Part shown: positions 17,394 to 27,598 of the stretch, piece by piece | Position numbering within the stretch: the first letter of the stretch is position 1 | How the letters are laid out: each line of letters begins with the position of its first letter | Assembly: GCA_022778715.1 (NCBI GenBank) | Contig: JALFRW010000033.1 | Span: 19,465 to 83,464 of the forward strand | Direction of reading: 5' to 3' | Length of the DNA: 64,000 nt | DNA from: Ezakiella sp. | GTDB taxonomy: Bacteria > Bacillota > Clostridia > Tissierellales > Peptoniphilaceae | The notes under the pieces: model-generated | What the model saw: the letters and a program-made list of their open reading frames with translations, nothing else | Told to the model about the DNA's origin: nothing | The model's database searches: none | Position numbers and translations under genes: made by a program

Positions 17394-17939
17394 TTAAAGA
17401 TTTTTTCTATTCTGAAAAAAGTATCCCAAAGTACCCACAATTAATAGGATAATTACCGGGTGGAGTTTTAAAACAATCGTGAGAATTACAGTTAGTATCA
17501 TAAGAGCTATATTTACAAAGTCTTTTTCTATGTTTTTTAGTAAATCTATAAAACTCATAGTTATAAGAGCCAAAACAGCCGGTTTTGAGCCGTCCATAAA
17601 TTTTTTTACATATATATTATCTTTAAATTTATTCAAAACTGTGGATAAAATCAAAATACACAGAAAACTCGGCAAAACTACACCCACAAATGCAACTACT
17701 TGTCCAATCCAACCTGCAATATTTCCAGCTTGTGCTATTGCGAGATTAACTGCGAGTGCTCCCGGAGTGGTTTGTGCAATGATTAAACTATCCATAAATT
17801 CTTCTTCGGTTACCAGTCCGCGACTGACCAGTTCTTTTTTCATAACAATTATCATGCCGTATCCACCGCCAAAACTAATTGTGCCAATCTTAAGAAATAC
17901 GAGGAATATTTTTAATAATTTCTTGAAATCATTTTTCAT
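17394..17939 (-). CDS. Chromate transporter family protein (second half of split pair)
   Basis: FGGGYGMI motif and a hydrophobic profile. 4-nt overlap with the upstream partner. Confidence 0.85.
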   Translation of the reverse strand: MKNDFKKLLKIFLVFLKIGTISFGGGYGMIIVMKKELVSRGLVTEEEFMDSLIIAQTTPGALAVNLAIAQAGNIAGWIGQVVAFVGVVLPSFLCILILSTVLNKFKDNIYVKKFMDGSKPAVLALITMSFIDLLKNIEKDFVNIALMILTVILTIVLKLHPVIILLIVGTLGYFFQNRKNL

Positions 17940-18457
17940 AGCAGTACGTTAATTCCTCCTATTATAAAAATTACAGCAATTGGATGAACTTTTTTCGTGA
18001 ACAATAAAAGCATGCTCATCAAAAATAGAGAAACATATTTTATGTCAATTGCTTCGCTTCCTGCAAGCATAAATACTGCTGCTAAAATAAATCCCATAAC
18101 TGCAGGACTTAGACCGTCAAAAATTTGCTTTTTAATTGGATTGTCTTTGTATTTTAAAAGTATTTTTGAAAATACAATCAAAATTATTAAACTTGGAATT
18201 GATACCGCAACTGTGGACAAAAGTGCACCCATAAATCCAACCTTTTCTTTTCCGATAAAAGTCGCTGCGTTTATTGCAAAACTGCCCGGGGTCATTTGAG
18301 AAATTGTCATTATCTCCATAAATCTGTCATAGTTTATTATTCCTGTTTTGATAAATTCTTTTTCAAACAGAGGCAGCATCGCATATCCTCCGCCAAAACT
18401 AAATAATCCTATTAAAAAAAATTTTTTAACCAATAAAAAAAGCATTTTTCTCACCAA
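17936..18457 (-). CDS. Chromate transporter family protein (first half of split pair)
   Basis: FGGGYAMLP motif and a hydrophobic profile. Confidence 0.85.
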   Translation of the reverse strand: MVRKMLFLLVKKFFLIGLFSFGGGYAMLPLFEKEFIKTGIINYDRFMEIMTISQMTPGSFAINAATFIGKEKVGFMGALLSTVAVSIPSLIILIVFSKILLKYKDNPIKKQIFDGLSPAVMGFILAAVFMLAGSEAIDIKYVSLFLMSMLLLFTKKVHPIAVIFIIGGINVLL

Positions 18458-18540
18458 TTGAATTATATTCTTTTAAATTTTCAATGTCAAACATTGATGA
18501 AATTAAAATTCATGTTCTATTCACAGACTTCTCACTTAAG

Positions 18541-18569
18541 TTGTAATTAAGACCAAAATATGTTATAAT
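18541..18569 (+). promoter_or_regulatory. Candidate dnaA promoter
   Basis: TTGTAA, 17-nt spacer, then TGtTATAAT. Confidence 0.4.
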
Positions 18570-18572
18570 GAT

Positions 18573-18819
18573 TGTGGATTAAGTTTGAAATCCTGTGTTA
18601 AATATTTAGTTATTCACATAGTTTATCCACAGAATTGTTAACAACTTGTGTATAACTTTTTATGAATATTAAAGTCAGTTAAATACAATGTTATAGAAAA
18701 TGGTATATTTTAATTAATATTGAATTTACAATGTTTTTAAGTATAAATAATAATTTAAATAATGGAGTTGTGGATATCTTATACACAGTTGTTAATAGGT
18801 TATCCACAGGTGTGGAAAG
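18573..18819. other. oriC part 1: DnaA-box cluster upstream of dnaA
   Basis: Perfect TTATCCACA at 18623-18631 and 18800-18808. One-mismatch boxes at 18573-18581, 18610-18618, 18769-18777 and 18811-18819. AT-rich tract at about 18660-18760. Confidence 0.75.
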
Positions 18820-18822
18820 AAT

Positions 18823-20151
18823 ATGAAAGCAACAGAAATTTGGTACTTAGTTTTAAAGGAATTACAAAGAAATTATTATTTGGGTAATGCGAGTTATATG
18901 AGTTATATAGAACCACTTACCCCTATTTGTGTTAAAGATAATTTTTTGGTGGTGATGGGACCTAATTTGTTCACAATTAATATAGTCACCAGAAAATACC
19001 AAGATGTCATTGATAATGCAGTTAAATCTATTAATCCTAATCTCAATTTTATGCTAATTCCCGAGAGCGAAAAAGATAAATACGAAGCTGAGGAGTATGT
19101 GCGAGAAGAAGTTGACGATAGAGTGGAACGTCCACAGTTTAATCCAAAATATATTTTTGAAAATTTCGTGGTTGGCAGTTCCAATTCCTACGCTCAAGCT
19201 ACGGCTTACGCAATTTCTCAAAATCCGGGTGCTGCTTTTAATCCTTTTTTTATTTGCGGTAAAAGCGGTCTTGGAAAAACTCACTTGATGCAAGCAATTG
19301 GTCAAGAAATTTTAAAAAGAAATCAGAATTATAAATTGTGGTATGTGCCGGCTGAACAATTTGCAAATGAGTTTGTTTATGCGTTAAACTCAAATAAAAA
19401 TGAAAAATTTAGACAAAGATATCGTTATTTGGATTGTCTTTTGATCGACGATATACAATTTTTGGAAAATAAACCTAAGATTCAAGATGAATTTTTTCAT
19501 ACATTCAATACTCTTTACTCAAGAGGGGCACAAATTGTTCTTGCTAGTGACAAGCTTCCTCGAGAAATCAAAACTCTTTCAGAAAGACTTATGACTAGAT
19601 TTGAACAAGGAGTTGTAGTAGAAATTGTGATGCCTAGTTTAGAAGAGAGAAGGGCAATTTTACAAAATTTTAAAGCACTTGAAAAATATGAAATTCCGGA
19701 TAATATAATAGATATTTTGGCACAAAATGTAGACTCTTCTATTAGAGAGCTGGAAGCCAGCTTGAGAAGAGTAAACGCCTACAGTTTGATTGACAATGTT
19801 CCTCCAAGCGAAGAGATTGTAGACATGGTTTTAAATCAAATGAAGATTGAGCGAATTGAAAGTGCAAAAGTTGACGTGGCCGTTATTATAGAAAAAACCG
19901 CGAAAGCTTTTAATTTAAGTCCGGACGATATTCTCGGGCGCAGCAAGAGAAAAGATATTATTTTAGCTAGACACAGCGCTATGTATATCGCACGCGAGCT
20001 CACGGATCTAAGTTTTCCGGGTATTGGATATAAATTTAATAGAGACCACACCTCTATCATGCATGCTTATGACAAGATGAAGGAATTAACAGCAAAAGAT
20101 GAGGGCATAAACCGCAAGGTTAACGAGATTATAAAGGATATAAAAAAATAA
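18823..20151 (+). CDS. dnaA: Chromosomal replication initiator DnaA
   Basis: AAA+ Walker A GKSGLGKTH and a C-terminal DnaA DNA-binding domain (RDHTSIMHA). Flanked by DnaA boxes. Confidence 0.97.
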   Translation: MKATEIWYLVLKELQRNYYLGNASYMSYIEPLTPICVKDNFLVVMGPNLFTINIVTRKYQDVIDNAVKSINPNLNFMLIPESEKDKYEAEEYVREEVDDRVERPQFNPKYIFENFVVGSSNSYAQATAYAISQNPGAAFNPFFICGKSGLGKTHLMQAIGQEILKRNQNYKLWYVPAEQFANEFVYALNSNKNEKFRQRYRYLDCLLIDDIQFLENKPKIQDEFFHTFNTLYSRGAQIVLASDKLPREIKTLSERLMTRFEQGVVVEIVMPSLEERRAILQNFKALEKYEIPDNIIDILAQNVDSSIRELEASLRRVNAYSLIDNVPPSEEIVDMVLNQMKIERIESAKVDVAVIIEKTAKAFNLSPDDILGRSKRKDIILARHSAMYIARELTDLSFPGIGYKFNRDHTSIMHAYDKMKELTAKDEGINRKVNEIIKDIKK

Positions 20152-20264
20152 TATCCACAAAATTCTCATTTCTATACAATTTCTATTAACAGGTATTTTT
20201 GCTTATTTTAGAGATTTTTTGCACTTATCAACAGAATCCACAAAGTATACTACTAATACTATTA
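20151..20264. other. oriC part 2: DnaA boxes plus trinucleotide-periodic (DnaA-trio-like) tract
   Basis: ATATCCACA at 20151-20159. Tandem TTATCAACA and GAATCCACA at 20225-20242. CTA CTA ATA CTA TTA at 20250-20264, followed by an AT-rich tract. Confidence 0.55.
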
Positions 20265-20321
20265 TATTTATAATATAATAAGGCTTTAAAAAATTTTTAT
20301 AATTGTTAAAGGAGGTCATAA

Positions 20322-21413
20322 ATGAAATTCGAGGTTAAAACCAGTGAACTAAATAATGCTATTAGAATCGCTTCAAGAGGTGTATCAAAAGTTTCCGGAA
20401 ACAACCTTTTAGATGGAATTTTATTTTCAACTGAAAATGGTAATATCACTCTTTATTCCACCGATTTGAGAATAAATATTAAGACTGTTTTAGAATGCAA
20501 TGTTATTGAAGAAGGAAAATTTATTTTAAATGCAAATTTAATTTCTGAAGTTGCTAGAAAAATGCAAGGCGAAAATTGCATGGTGGATATAAATAATAAT
20601 TTATGCACTATTAAAAGCGAAAGGAGTACACTTAAGTTTGCTTGTTCCCCTGCAGATGAGTTTCCAAAATTTCCTACTTTAGAGGAAAATGGTCGCCTAA
20701 CAATTTCCGGAGAAGATTTTATAAATATGGTTTCAAAATCCAGGGTGTCCGTTTCTTTGGACGAAAATCGTTTAATATACACCGGTATAAAGTTTGAAAG
20801 TAAGGATGGATTTATTGAAGCATCTTCTCTAGATGGATACAGGATAAGTATTACTAAAAAAAAGACTGACTACAACAATGGAAATATTAGTTTTATTGTG
20901 CCGTCTCAAACTCTTTATGACGTGGAAAAGCTCATAAAAGAAGATGAAGAACTTTTGATCAGATTGACAGATAGCCACGCGATGATTAGTTTTTCCAACA
21001 CAGAAATTTACACCAGACTTTTTGAAGGTGACTTTTTTGACTATAACTCTCTAGTTTCAACTGATGGTACAACTGAAGTGATTGTAAATAAAAAAGATTT
21101 GTCAGATGCTCTTGATAGAGCAATGATTGTGTCTAAGGGCAATGTAAATATGGTAAGGCTTGATATTAAAGATAACAATATGAATATTAGAAGTAAGGGT
21201 TCTCTTGGTGAAACAAATGACGATTTGGAAATAGAAAAAAGTGGTGAAAACTTATTAATTGCATTTAATCCGAAATATATGAGAGATGGAATTGCAGAGT
21301 TTAGTGAAGACAACATCAAGATGGTGTTTAAATCAAGCACTGATCCACTCACAATTTTTGGTCTAAAAGATATTGAATACACTTATATTTTACTACCTGT
21401 GAGGCTGCAATAA
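20322..21413 (+). CDS. dnaN: DNA polymerase III beta sliding clamp
   Basis: 363 aa in the conserved position after dnaA, with a typical N-terminus. GGAGG RBS. Confidence 0.95.
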   Translation: MKFEVKTSELNNAIRIASRGVSKVSGNNLLDGILFSTENGNITLYSTDLRINIKTVLECNVIEEGKFILNANLISEVARKMQGENCMVDINNNLCTIKSERSTLKFACSPADEFPKFPTLEENGRLTISGEDFINMVSKSRVSVSLDENRLIYTGIKFESKDGFIEASSLDGYRISITKKKTDYNNGNISFIVPSQTLYDVEKLIKEDEELLIRLTDSHAMISFSNTEIYTRLFEGDFFDYNSLVSTDGTTEVIVNKKDLSDALDRAMIVSKGNVNMVRLDIKDNNMNIRSKGSLGETNDDLEIEKSGENLLIAFNPKYMRDGIAEFSEDNIKMVFKSSTDPLTIFGLKDIEYTYILLPVRLQ

Positions 21414-21625
21414 TGGAAATAAAAGTTAGAGAAAACACTGAGCTGAAAAATTTGATGAAGCTGGTAAATTTTGTGGGTTCAGGCGGAGAAGCAAAGCATT
21501 TAATTCAAAATGGATTGGTAAAATTAAATGGCGAGGTTTGTACAATTGCCGGCAAAAAGTTGAAAAATGGCGACGAAGTTGAATACGATGGCGAAGTTGT
21601 AATTATTAGTACAGATGGAAATTAA
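21413..21625 (+). CDS. yaaA: S4-domain RNA-binding protein (YaaA-like)
   Basis: 70 aa in the conserved dnaN-recF position, with KVNGEV...GKKL, an S4-like pattern. Confidence 0.8.
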   Translation: MEIKVRENTELKNLMKLVNFVGSGGEAKHLIQNGLVKLNGEVCTIAGKKLKNGDEVEYDGEVVIISTDGN

Positions 21626-22664
21626 GGAAATTCTTTTATATAATTTTAGAAATTTTGCTTATGAAAAAGCTAAAATTACACCGGGTCTCAATTTGATTTT
21701 AGGAGAAAATGGAGCCGGTAAAACTAATTTTCTGGAAGCCTTGAGTTTTATTTACACCGGAAAGGGATTTGGCGATCCGGGAGAAAAAGTACTAAAAATT
21801 GGAGAAGAAAAAGGCGGAGTGATGGGGGAATTTAAAGAAGGGGTTCGCTCACTCAGAAAAGTAGTTTATGTTGAAGGAAGTGGTTTTAAAAGAGAAATAA
21901 ACAACAAATTTGTGTACAGAATGAATCATTTTAAAACTCACAATATAGTTTATTTTTCTCCATATGACACCCTTTTAATTGACGGAAGCCCTGATAATAG
22001 AAGAAAGTTTTTTGATGAAATCATTTCGACTGTAAGCGACAAATACGAGAGGAATTTGCGGGATTATTATAAGTTAATAAGATATAGAAATCAATATTTA
22101 AAAAATTATAGCAATCCTTTTAGATATTTGGATATTGAAGACGAAACGATAATAAATTTGAACCACTCAATAGACGAGCTTAGAAAAAAATATTTAGAAT
22201 TAATAATAAAGCGGGCAAATATACATTTAAAAGATATTGAACCGGCTTGGAAAATAGAAGCTGTGGTTACAAACAGTTGGGATACTGAGGATACTTTTAG
22301 TTTTAGAGAAAAAGTTAAATATGAAGATTTGAGGAGAAAATCCACTACTTGGGGAATTTCAAAAGATGATTTTAATATTATTTTTAATGGTAATCAGGCA
22401 AAATTTACTGCAAGTAGAAGCCAAAAACGTGCAACAGTGATTGCTTTAAAACTTGCAAGTTTGGATTTATTTGACAAACTTTCCGGGAAAAAATCAATTT
22501 TACTTTTAGATGATTTGCTCTATGAATTTGACAAAAATAGAGATGAGAGTGTTCAAGAAAAAATAAAAAACTATGATGCTTTTGCGACTTCTACAAGAAA
22601 TATAGAAGCGGATAATGTAATTTATATTGAAAAAGGAAAGGTAATATATAATGGAAAAAAATAA
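21615..22664 (+). CDS. recF: DNA replication/repair protein RecF
   Basis: LYNFRNF and Walker [15 protein letters not shown]-terminal LLLDD. Confidence 0.9.
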   Translation: MEIKEILLYNFRNFAYEKAKITPGLNLILGENGAGKTNFLEALSFIYTGKGFGDPGEKVLKIGEEKGGVMGEFKEGVRSLRKVVYVEGSGFKREINNKFVYRMNHFKTHNIVYFSPYDTLLIDGSPDNRRKFFDEIISTVSDKYERNLRDYYKLIRYRNQYLKNYSNPFRYLDIEDETIINLNHSIDELRKKYLELIIKRANIHLKDIEPAWKIEAVVTNSWDTEDTFSFREKVKYEDLRRKSTTWGISKDDFNIIFNGNQAKFTASRSQKRATVIALKLASLDLFDKLSGKKSILLLDDLLYEFDKNRDESVQEKIKNYDAFATSTRNIEADNVIYIEKGKVIYNGKK

Positions 22665-24558
22665 AGAATATGGTGCGGAATCCATACAAGTACTGGAGGG
22701 GTTAGAGCCGGTTAGGTTAAGACCGGGAATGTATATCGGTTCTACTTCAGAAAAGGGCTTGCATCATTTGGTTTACGAAGTTGTGGACAATTCAATTGAC
22801 GAAGCACTCGCAGGCAGATGTGATGCAATTAGTGTGACGTTAAATTCTGACGGCTCTGTTACTGTTGAAGATGATGGTAGCGGTATCCCAACAGAAATTC
22901 ATCCAAAAACCGGTAAGAGTACAGTAGAAACAGTACTTACAATTTTGCATGCAGGCGGAAAATTTAATAATGATGCATATAAAGTTTCTGGAGGACTTCA
23001 CGGGGTTGGGGTCAGTGTTGTAAATGCACTTTCTGAATGGTTAATAGCTACTGTAAAGCGTCATGGGAAAATTTATGAACAACATTTTGCTCGCGGTAAA
23101 GCAATTAGTGAGCTGGATGTGGTTGGTGAAACGGAAAGCACTGGTACGATTATAAGATTTTTACCGGATGCCGATATTTTTGATACTATTGAATTTGATT
23201 TTGATACTCTTGCAGACAGAATGAGAGAGATGGCTTTTTTAAATAAAGGTGTTAATCTCGTGTTGACCGATGATAGGGGAGAAAAAGAAAGAAAAAAAGT
23301 GTTTAAGTATGACGGCGGAATCATTGAAATGGTCGAATATATGAATAAGAGCAAGACTCCAATTATGGATGAAGTTTTTTATTTTGAAGATAATAGAGAT
23401 GGTGAAGTTGTTGAAGTTGCTTTACAATACACAGATAGTTACAGCGAAAATATAGTTTCATTTGCAAATAATATTCACACTCCGGAAGGAGGAACACATT
23501 TATCAGGTTTTAAAACTGCACTCACAAGAGTTATAAATGATTACGGAAGAAAAAATAAAATATTAAAAGATAACGATATAAATCTCTCTGGTGACGACGT
23601 AAGAGAGGGAATTACTGCTGTTGTGACAGTTAAAATCGCTCAGCCACAATTTGAAGGTCAAACCAAGTCGAAACTTGGAAACAGCGAAACCGCCGGTATA
23701 GTAAACACAGTTGTGGGCGAAAAACTCGGACAATATTTAGAAGAAAATCCAAAAATTGCAAAATTAATTTTGGATAAATCTATAAAGAGCCAAAGAGCTA
23801 GAGAAGCTGCGAGAAAAGCAAGGGAAGTTTCAAGAAGTCGTTCAATTTTAGATAGTACTTCACTTCCGGGAAAGCTAGCTGATTGTCAATCAAACGACAA
23901 TAGCATAACGGAGATTTTTATCGTAGAAGGTGACTCCGCAGGTGGTAGTGCAAAGCAAGGCAGAGATAAACATTATCAAGCAATTTTGCCGCTTCGCGGA
24001 AAGATTATGAATGTTGAAAAGGCGAGACTCGATAAAGTGCTGGGTTATGAAGAAATAAAGGCAATGATTACAGCATTTGGTACCGGTATTGGCGAAGATT
24101 TTGATATTTCAAAATTGAGATACGGTAAAATCATTATCATGACTGATGCTGACGTGGATGGTGCGCATATTAGAACTCTTCTTCTAACTTTCTTTTTCAG
24201 ATATATGAAAGAGTTAATTACAGAAGGGCATGTATATATTGCTCAACCACCACTATACAAAGTTACGAAGGGTAAAACCGAAAAGTATTGCTACACAGAT
24301 GAGGAACTTGCTGAATATTTGGATGAAATTGGTAGAGACGGAATTATTCTTCAAAGATACAAAGGTTTAGGGGAAATGAATTTTGACCAACTTTGGGACA
24401 CCACAATGGACCCTGAAAAACGTGTGCTCCTAAGAGTTAATATTGAAGATATGGCAGCGAGCGACGAAGTTTTCTCAATGCTAATGGGCGATAAAGTTTT
24501 GCCAAGAAGAGAATTTATCGAAGAAAATGCTAAATTCGTAAGCAATTTGGATGTTTAG
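22651..24558 (+). CDS. gyrB: DNA gyrase subunit B
   Basis: [17 protein letters not shown], the Toprim motif EGDSAGG and the C-terminal GLGEMN. Confidence 0.97.
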   Translation: MEKNKEYGAESIQVLEGLEPVRLRPGMYIGSTSEKGLHHLVYEVVDNSIDEALAGRCDAISVTLNSDGSVTVEDDGSGIPTEIHPKTGKSTVETVLTILHAGGKFNNDAYKVSGGLHGVGVSVVNALSEWLIATVKRHGKIYEQHFARGKAISELDVVGETESTGTIIRFLPDADIFDTIEFDFDTLADRMREMAFLNKGVNLVLTDDRGEKERKKVFKYDGGIIEMVEYMNKSKTPIMDEVFYFEDNRDGEVVEVALQYTDSYSENIVSFANNIHTPEGGTHLSGFKTALTRVINDYGRKNKILKDNDINLSGDDVREGITAVVTVKIAQPQFEGQTKSKLGNSETAGIVNTVVGEKLGQYLEENPKIAKLILDKSIKSQRAREAARKAREVSRSRSILDSTSLPGKLADCQSNDNSITEIFIVEGDSAGGSAKQGRDKHYQAILPLRGKIMNVEKARLDKVLGYEEIKAMITAFGTGIGEDFDISKLRYGKIIIMTDADVDGAHIRTLLLTFFFRYMKELITEGHVYIAQPPLYKVTKGKTEKYCYTDEELAEYLDEIGRDGIILQRYKGLGEMNFDQLWDTTMDPEKRVLLRVNIEDMAASDEVFSMLMGDKVLPRREFIEENAKFVSNLDV

Positions 24559-24564
24559 GAGAAA

Positions 24565-26976
24565 ATGATGAATAATGTTATAGATGTAAAAGTTGAAAAG
24601 GAGATGAAAAAAAGTTATCTCGATTATGCTATGAGCGTTATCGTTGCGAGGGCGCTTCCGGATGTTAGGGATGGATTAAAACCAGTTCATAGGCGTATTT
24701 TGTACTCTATGGAAGAGCTTGGCGTGGTAAACGAAAAACCATACAGAAAGAGTGCAAGAGTTGTTGGGGATGTGCTGGGTAAATATCACCCTCACTCCGA
24801 TACAGCAGTTTATGATGCAATGGTTAGACTCGCTCAAGATTTTAACACACGATATTTGCTTGTAGATGGTCACGGAAACTTTGGTTCCGTGGATGGGGAC
24901 GGAGCAGCAGCTATGCGTTACACTGAAGTTAGAATGACAAAGCTTACCCATGAAATGATTAGAGATATAGAAAAGGATACAGTTGATTTTTCCCCAAACT
25001 TCGATGAAAGTTTGAAAGAACCAAATGTGTTGCCATGTCGTTTTCCGAATCTGCTCGTAAATGGTTCGTCCGGTATTGCAGTTGGTATGGCTACAAATAT
25101 GCCACCTCATAATTTAACTGAAGTTATAAATGCTCTCGATTATATGATTGATAATCCTGATTGCTCTTTGGATGAACTCATGCAATTTATTAAAGGTCCG
25201 GACTTTCCAACTGGTGCAACAATTATGGGTATCTCAGGAATTAGGGATGCTTATGAAACAGGGCGCGGACTTATAACTTTGAGAGCAAAGGCAGAAATTG
25301 AAACCACTTCAAAGGGAAAAAATAGAATTATTATAAAAGAAATACCATACCAAGTGAACAAGGCAAAGCTCATCAAAAAGATTGCAGAGCTTGTACGCGA
25401 TAAAGAAATTGACGGGATAACAGATATTCGTGACGAGTCTGACAGAAACGGTATGAGAATTGTAGTGGAATTAAGACGTGATGCAAACCCGAAGGTGATT
25501 TTAAATCAACTATACAAAAAGACACAAATGCAAACTACTTTTGGGGTTATAAATCTTGCACTTGTGGATGGTGAACCAAAAACACTCAGTTTGAAAGAAC
25601 TTTTGTATTATTATTCGGAACACCAAAAAGAGGTTATTACAAGAAGAACTCAATATGATTTAAAAAAAGCAGAAGCAAGAGCTCACATTGTGGAAGGGCT
25701 TTTAAAGGCGCTTGATTATATAGATGAAGTCATTAAAACCATTCGTGCTTCAAAAGACGACAAAACAGCTGTTAATGGTTTGATGGAAAAATTTGAATTC
25801 ACAGAAATTCAAGCAAATGCAATTCTTATGATGCAATTTCGTCGTTTGACAGGTCTTGAAAAAGAAAAGTTAACTGCTGAGCACGAAGGTTTGATTAAGA
25901 GAATTAATAGGTATAAAGAGATTTTGTCTTCAGACAGAATTTTACTAAGTATTATAAAACAAGAATTAAATGAAATAAAAGATAAATATGGAGATGAAAG
26001 AAGAACTAATATAGTTCAAAACGAAGGTGAAATTGATGTGTTAAATCTAATCGCTGATGAATCTGTGATTATAACAATAACCGAAAGAGGATACATTAAG
26101 AGAGTTAACGAAAACACTTATAAAACTCAAAAAAGAGGCGGTAAGGGAGTTATTGGACTGACCACAAATGTGGAAGATGTGGTGAAAGATTTATACACTT
26201 TAACCACTCATGACGAAGTATACTTCTTTACAGACCATGGAAGAGTGTTTAGCTTACACGCATACGATATTCCGGAAAGTGGTAGAACTTCAAAAGGAAC
26301 TGCAATTGTAAACTTGTTAGAAATTTCCGGCGATGAAAAAGTTATGAATATTGTACCGATTAAGAAAAACGAAAACAGAAAATACATGACATTTGTTACG
26401 AAAAAAGGCATTATTAAAAAGACTGAACTGGAAATGTATAAAAATATTCGCTCAAACGGTTTAATTGCTATCAAACTGGACGAAGATGACGATTTGATTA
26501 GCGTGTTCTTAACCGATGAGGACAATGAAATCATTTCCACCACCAGATTGGGTCGTGCAATTAGAGTTAAATCCGTCGATGTGAGATCCACCGGAAGAGT
26601 TTCAAGAGGAGTTAAACTGATGAATCTTGACGATGAAGATGAAATAGTTTCAAGTGAAGTGATCGGATCGGGAGCAAGACTTTTAACAATCACTGAAAAT
26701 GGATACGGTAAGATGACAGAGGAAGCAGAATATACAGTACAAAACAGAGGCGGCAAAGGAATTTTGACTCACAAGATTACTAAAAAAACCGGAAATTTGG
26801 TGACGAGTTTGGTAGTTTATGAAAATAAAGATCTTCTTTTAATTTCGTCTAAGGGGGTAATTATTAGAATAAATGAAGCGGATATTGCAATTTCAGGCAG
26901 AACAACCATGGGTGTAAAACTTATGAATACCGGGGAAGAAACAATTGTTTCAGCAATTCAAACGGAGGAAGAATAA
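24565..26976 (+). CDS. gyrA: DNA gyrase subunit A
   Basis: [19 protein letters not shown], the active-site AAMRYTE and a C-terminal beta-pinwheel repeat region. Confidence 0.97.
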   Translation: MMNNVIDVKVEKEMKKSYLDYAMSVIVARALPDVRDGLKPVHRRILYSMEELGVVNEKPYRKSARVVGDVLGKYHPHSDTAVYDAMVRLAQDFNTRYLLVDGHGNFGSVDGDGAAAMRYTEVRMTKLTHEMIRDIEKDTVDFSPNFDESLKEPNVLPCRFPNLLVNGSSGIAVGMATNMPPHNLTEVINALDYMIDNPDCSLDELMQFIKGPDFPTGATIMGISGIRDAYETGRGLITLRAKAEIETTSKGKNRIIIKEIPYQVNKAKLIKKIAELVRDKEIDGITDIRDESDRNGMRIVVELRRDANPKVILNQLYKKTQMQTTFGVINLALVDGEPKTLSLKELLYYYSEHQKEVITRRTQYDLKKAEARAHIVEGLLKALDYIDEVIKTIRASKDDKTAVNGLMEKFEFTEIQANAILMMQFRRLTGLEKEKLTAEHEGLIKRINRYKEILSSDRILLSIIKQELNEIKDKYGDERRTNIVQNEGEIDVLNLIADESVIITITERGYIKRVNENTYKTQKRGGKGVIGLTTNVEDVVKDLYTLTTHDEVYFFTDHGRVFSLHAYDIPESGRTSKGTAIVNLLEISGDEKVMNIVPIKKNENRKYMTFVTKKGIIKKTELEMYKNIRSNGLIAIKLDEDDDLISVFLTDEDNEIISTTRLGRAIRVKSVDVRSTGRVSRGVKLMNLDDEDEIVSSEVIGSGARLLTITENGYGKMTEEAEYTVQNRGGKGILTHKITKKTGNLVTSLVVYENKDLLLISSKGVIIRINEADIAISGRTTMGVKLMNTGEETIVSAIQTEEE

Positions 26977-27266
26977 TGCAAATTGAAAAAGTAAATGGAG
27001 TATTTTATTTAAAAGGAGAATTCGATATTTTTCATACCAACAATGTGGAAGCTGAGCTTTTGGAAGCTCACAATATGGACGAGGACATGATTTTGGATTT
27101 CAGTGGAGTTAGCTTTATGGACTCCACTGGTCTTGGCATTTTGATTTCCCTTTCAAAAGAACTCGAACAAACAGGGAAAAAAGTGATTATTCAAAATGTG
27201 ACAAAAAGAATAAAAAAAGTTTTTGAAATCACGGAACTGGATAAGGTGTTTGGTATAAATGAGTAA
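26976..27266 (+). CDS. STAS-domain anti-sigma-factor antagonist (SpoIIAA/RsbV-like)
   Basis: LDFSGVSFMDSTGLG retains the phospho-acceptor Ser position. The ATG shares 1 nt with the gyrA TAA, and GGAGG lies 7 nt upstream. Confidence 0.85.
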   Translation: MQIEKVNGVFYLKGEFDIFHTNNVEAELLEAHNMDEDMILDFSGVSFMDSTGLGILISLSKELEQTGKKVIIQNVTKRIKKVFEITELDKVFGINE

Positions 27267-27597
27267 GGATAGTATAGTTTTAAAAATTCCGGCAAAGCCG
27301 GAGTACGTTATGAGTTTAAGACTTTTTATTTCAGGTATTGGCACAGCTCAAGGTTTTGATATTGAAGAGCTTGAAGCATTAAAGCTTTCAATCAGCGAAC
27401 TACTTGTAATGGCTGTAAGAGATGAAAATGAATTTTTGAATTTAGAATTTTATCTTAAAGATAAAGAAATTGAACTTGTTGCAAATGTGACCGCAGATGA
27501 CAGAGATAATTTAAGTTTAAAGATTGTGGAATCACTTAGCGACAATTTTGAAACTAATGAAAGAGAGACGAGAGTAATCTTTAAAAAGGAGGAGTAA
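27259..27597 (+). CDS. Truncated anti-sigma-factor-like protein (SpoIIAB/RsbW fold, kinase motifs absent)
   Basis: Aligns by eye to the SpoIIAB N-terminal half. Only 112 aa. The N-box reads ELLVMAVRD and no DxGxG or GxG ATP-lid motif is present. Confidence 0.55.
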   Translation: MSKDSIVLKIPAKPEYVMSLRLFISGIGTAQGFDIEELEALKLSISELLVMAVRDENEFLNLEFYLKDKEIELVANVTADDRDNLSLKIVESLSDNFETNERETRVIFKKEE

Positions 27598-27598
27598 T

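Noticed and set aside
17479-17952. 157-aa plus-strand ORF
   Set aside because: It is antisense to the chromate transporter gene, whose family motifs are clear. It is a shadow ORF.
24676-25110. 144-aa minus-strand ORF inside gyrA. The same applies to 26208-26756 (182 aa).
   Set aside because: These lie fully antisense within a strongly supported conserved gene, with no RBS and low-complexity composition. They are shadow ORFs.
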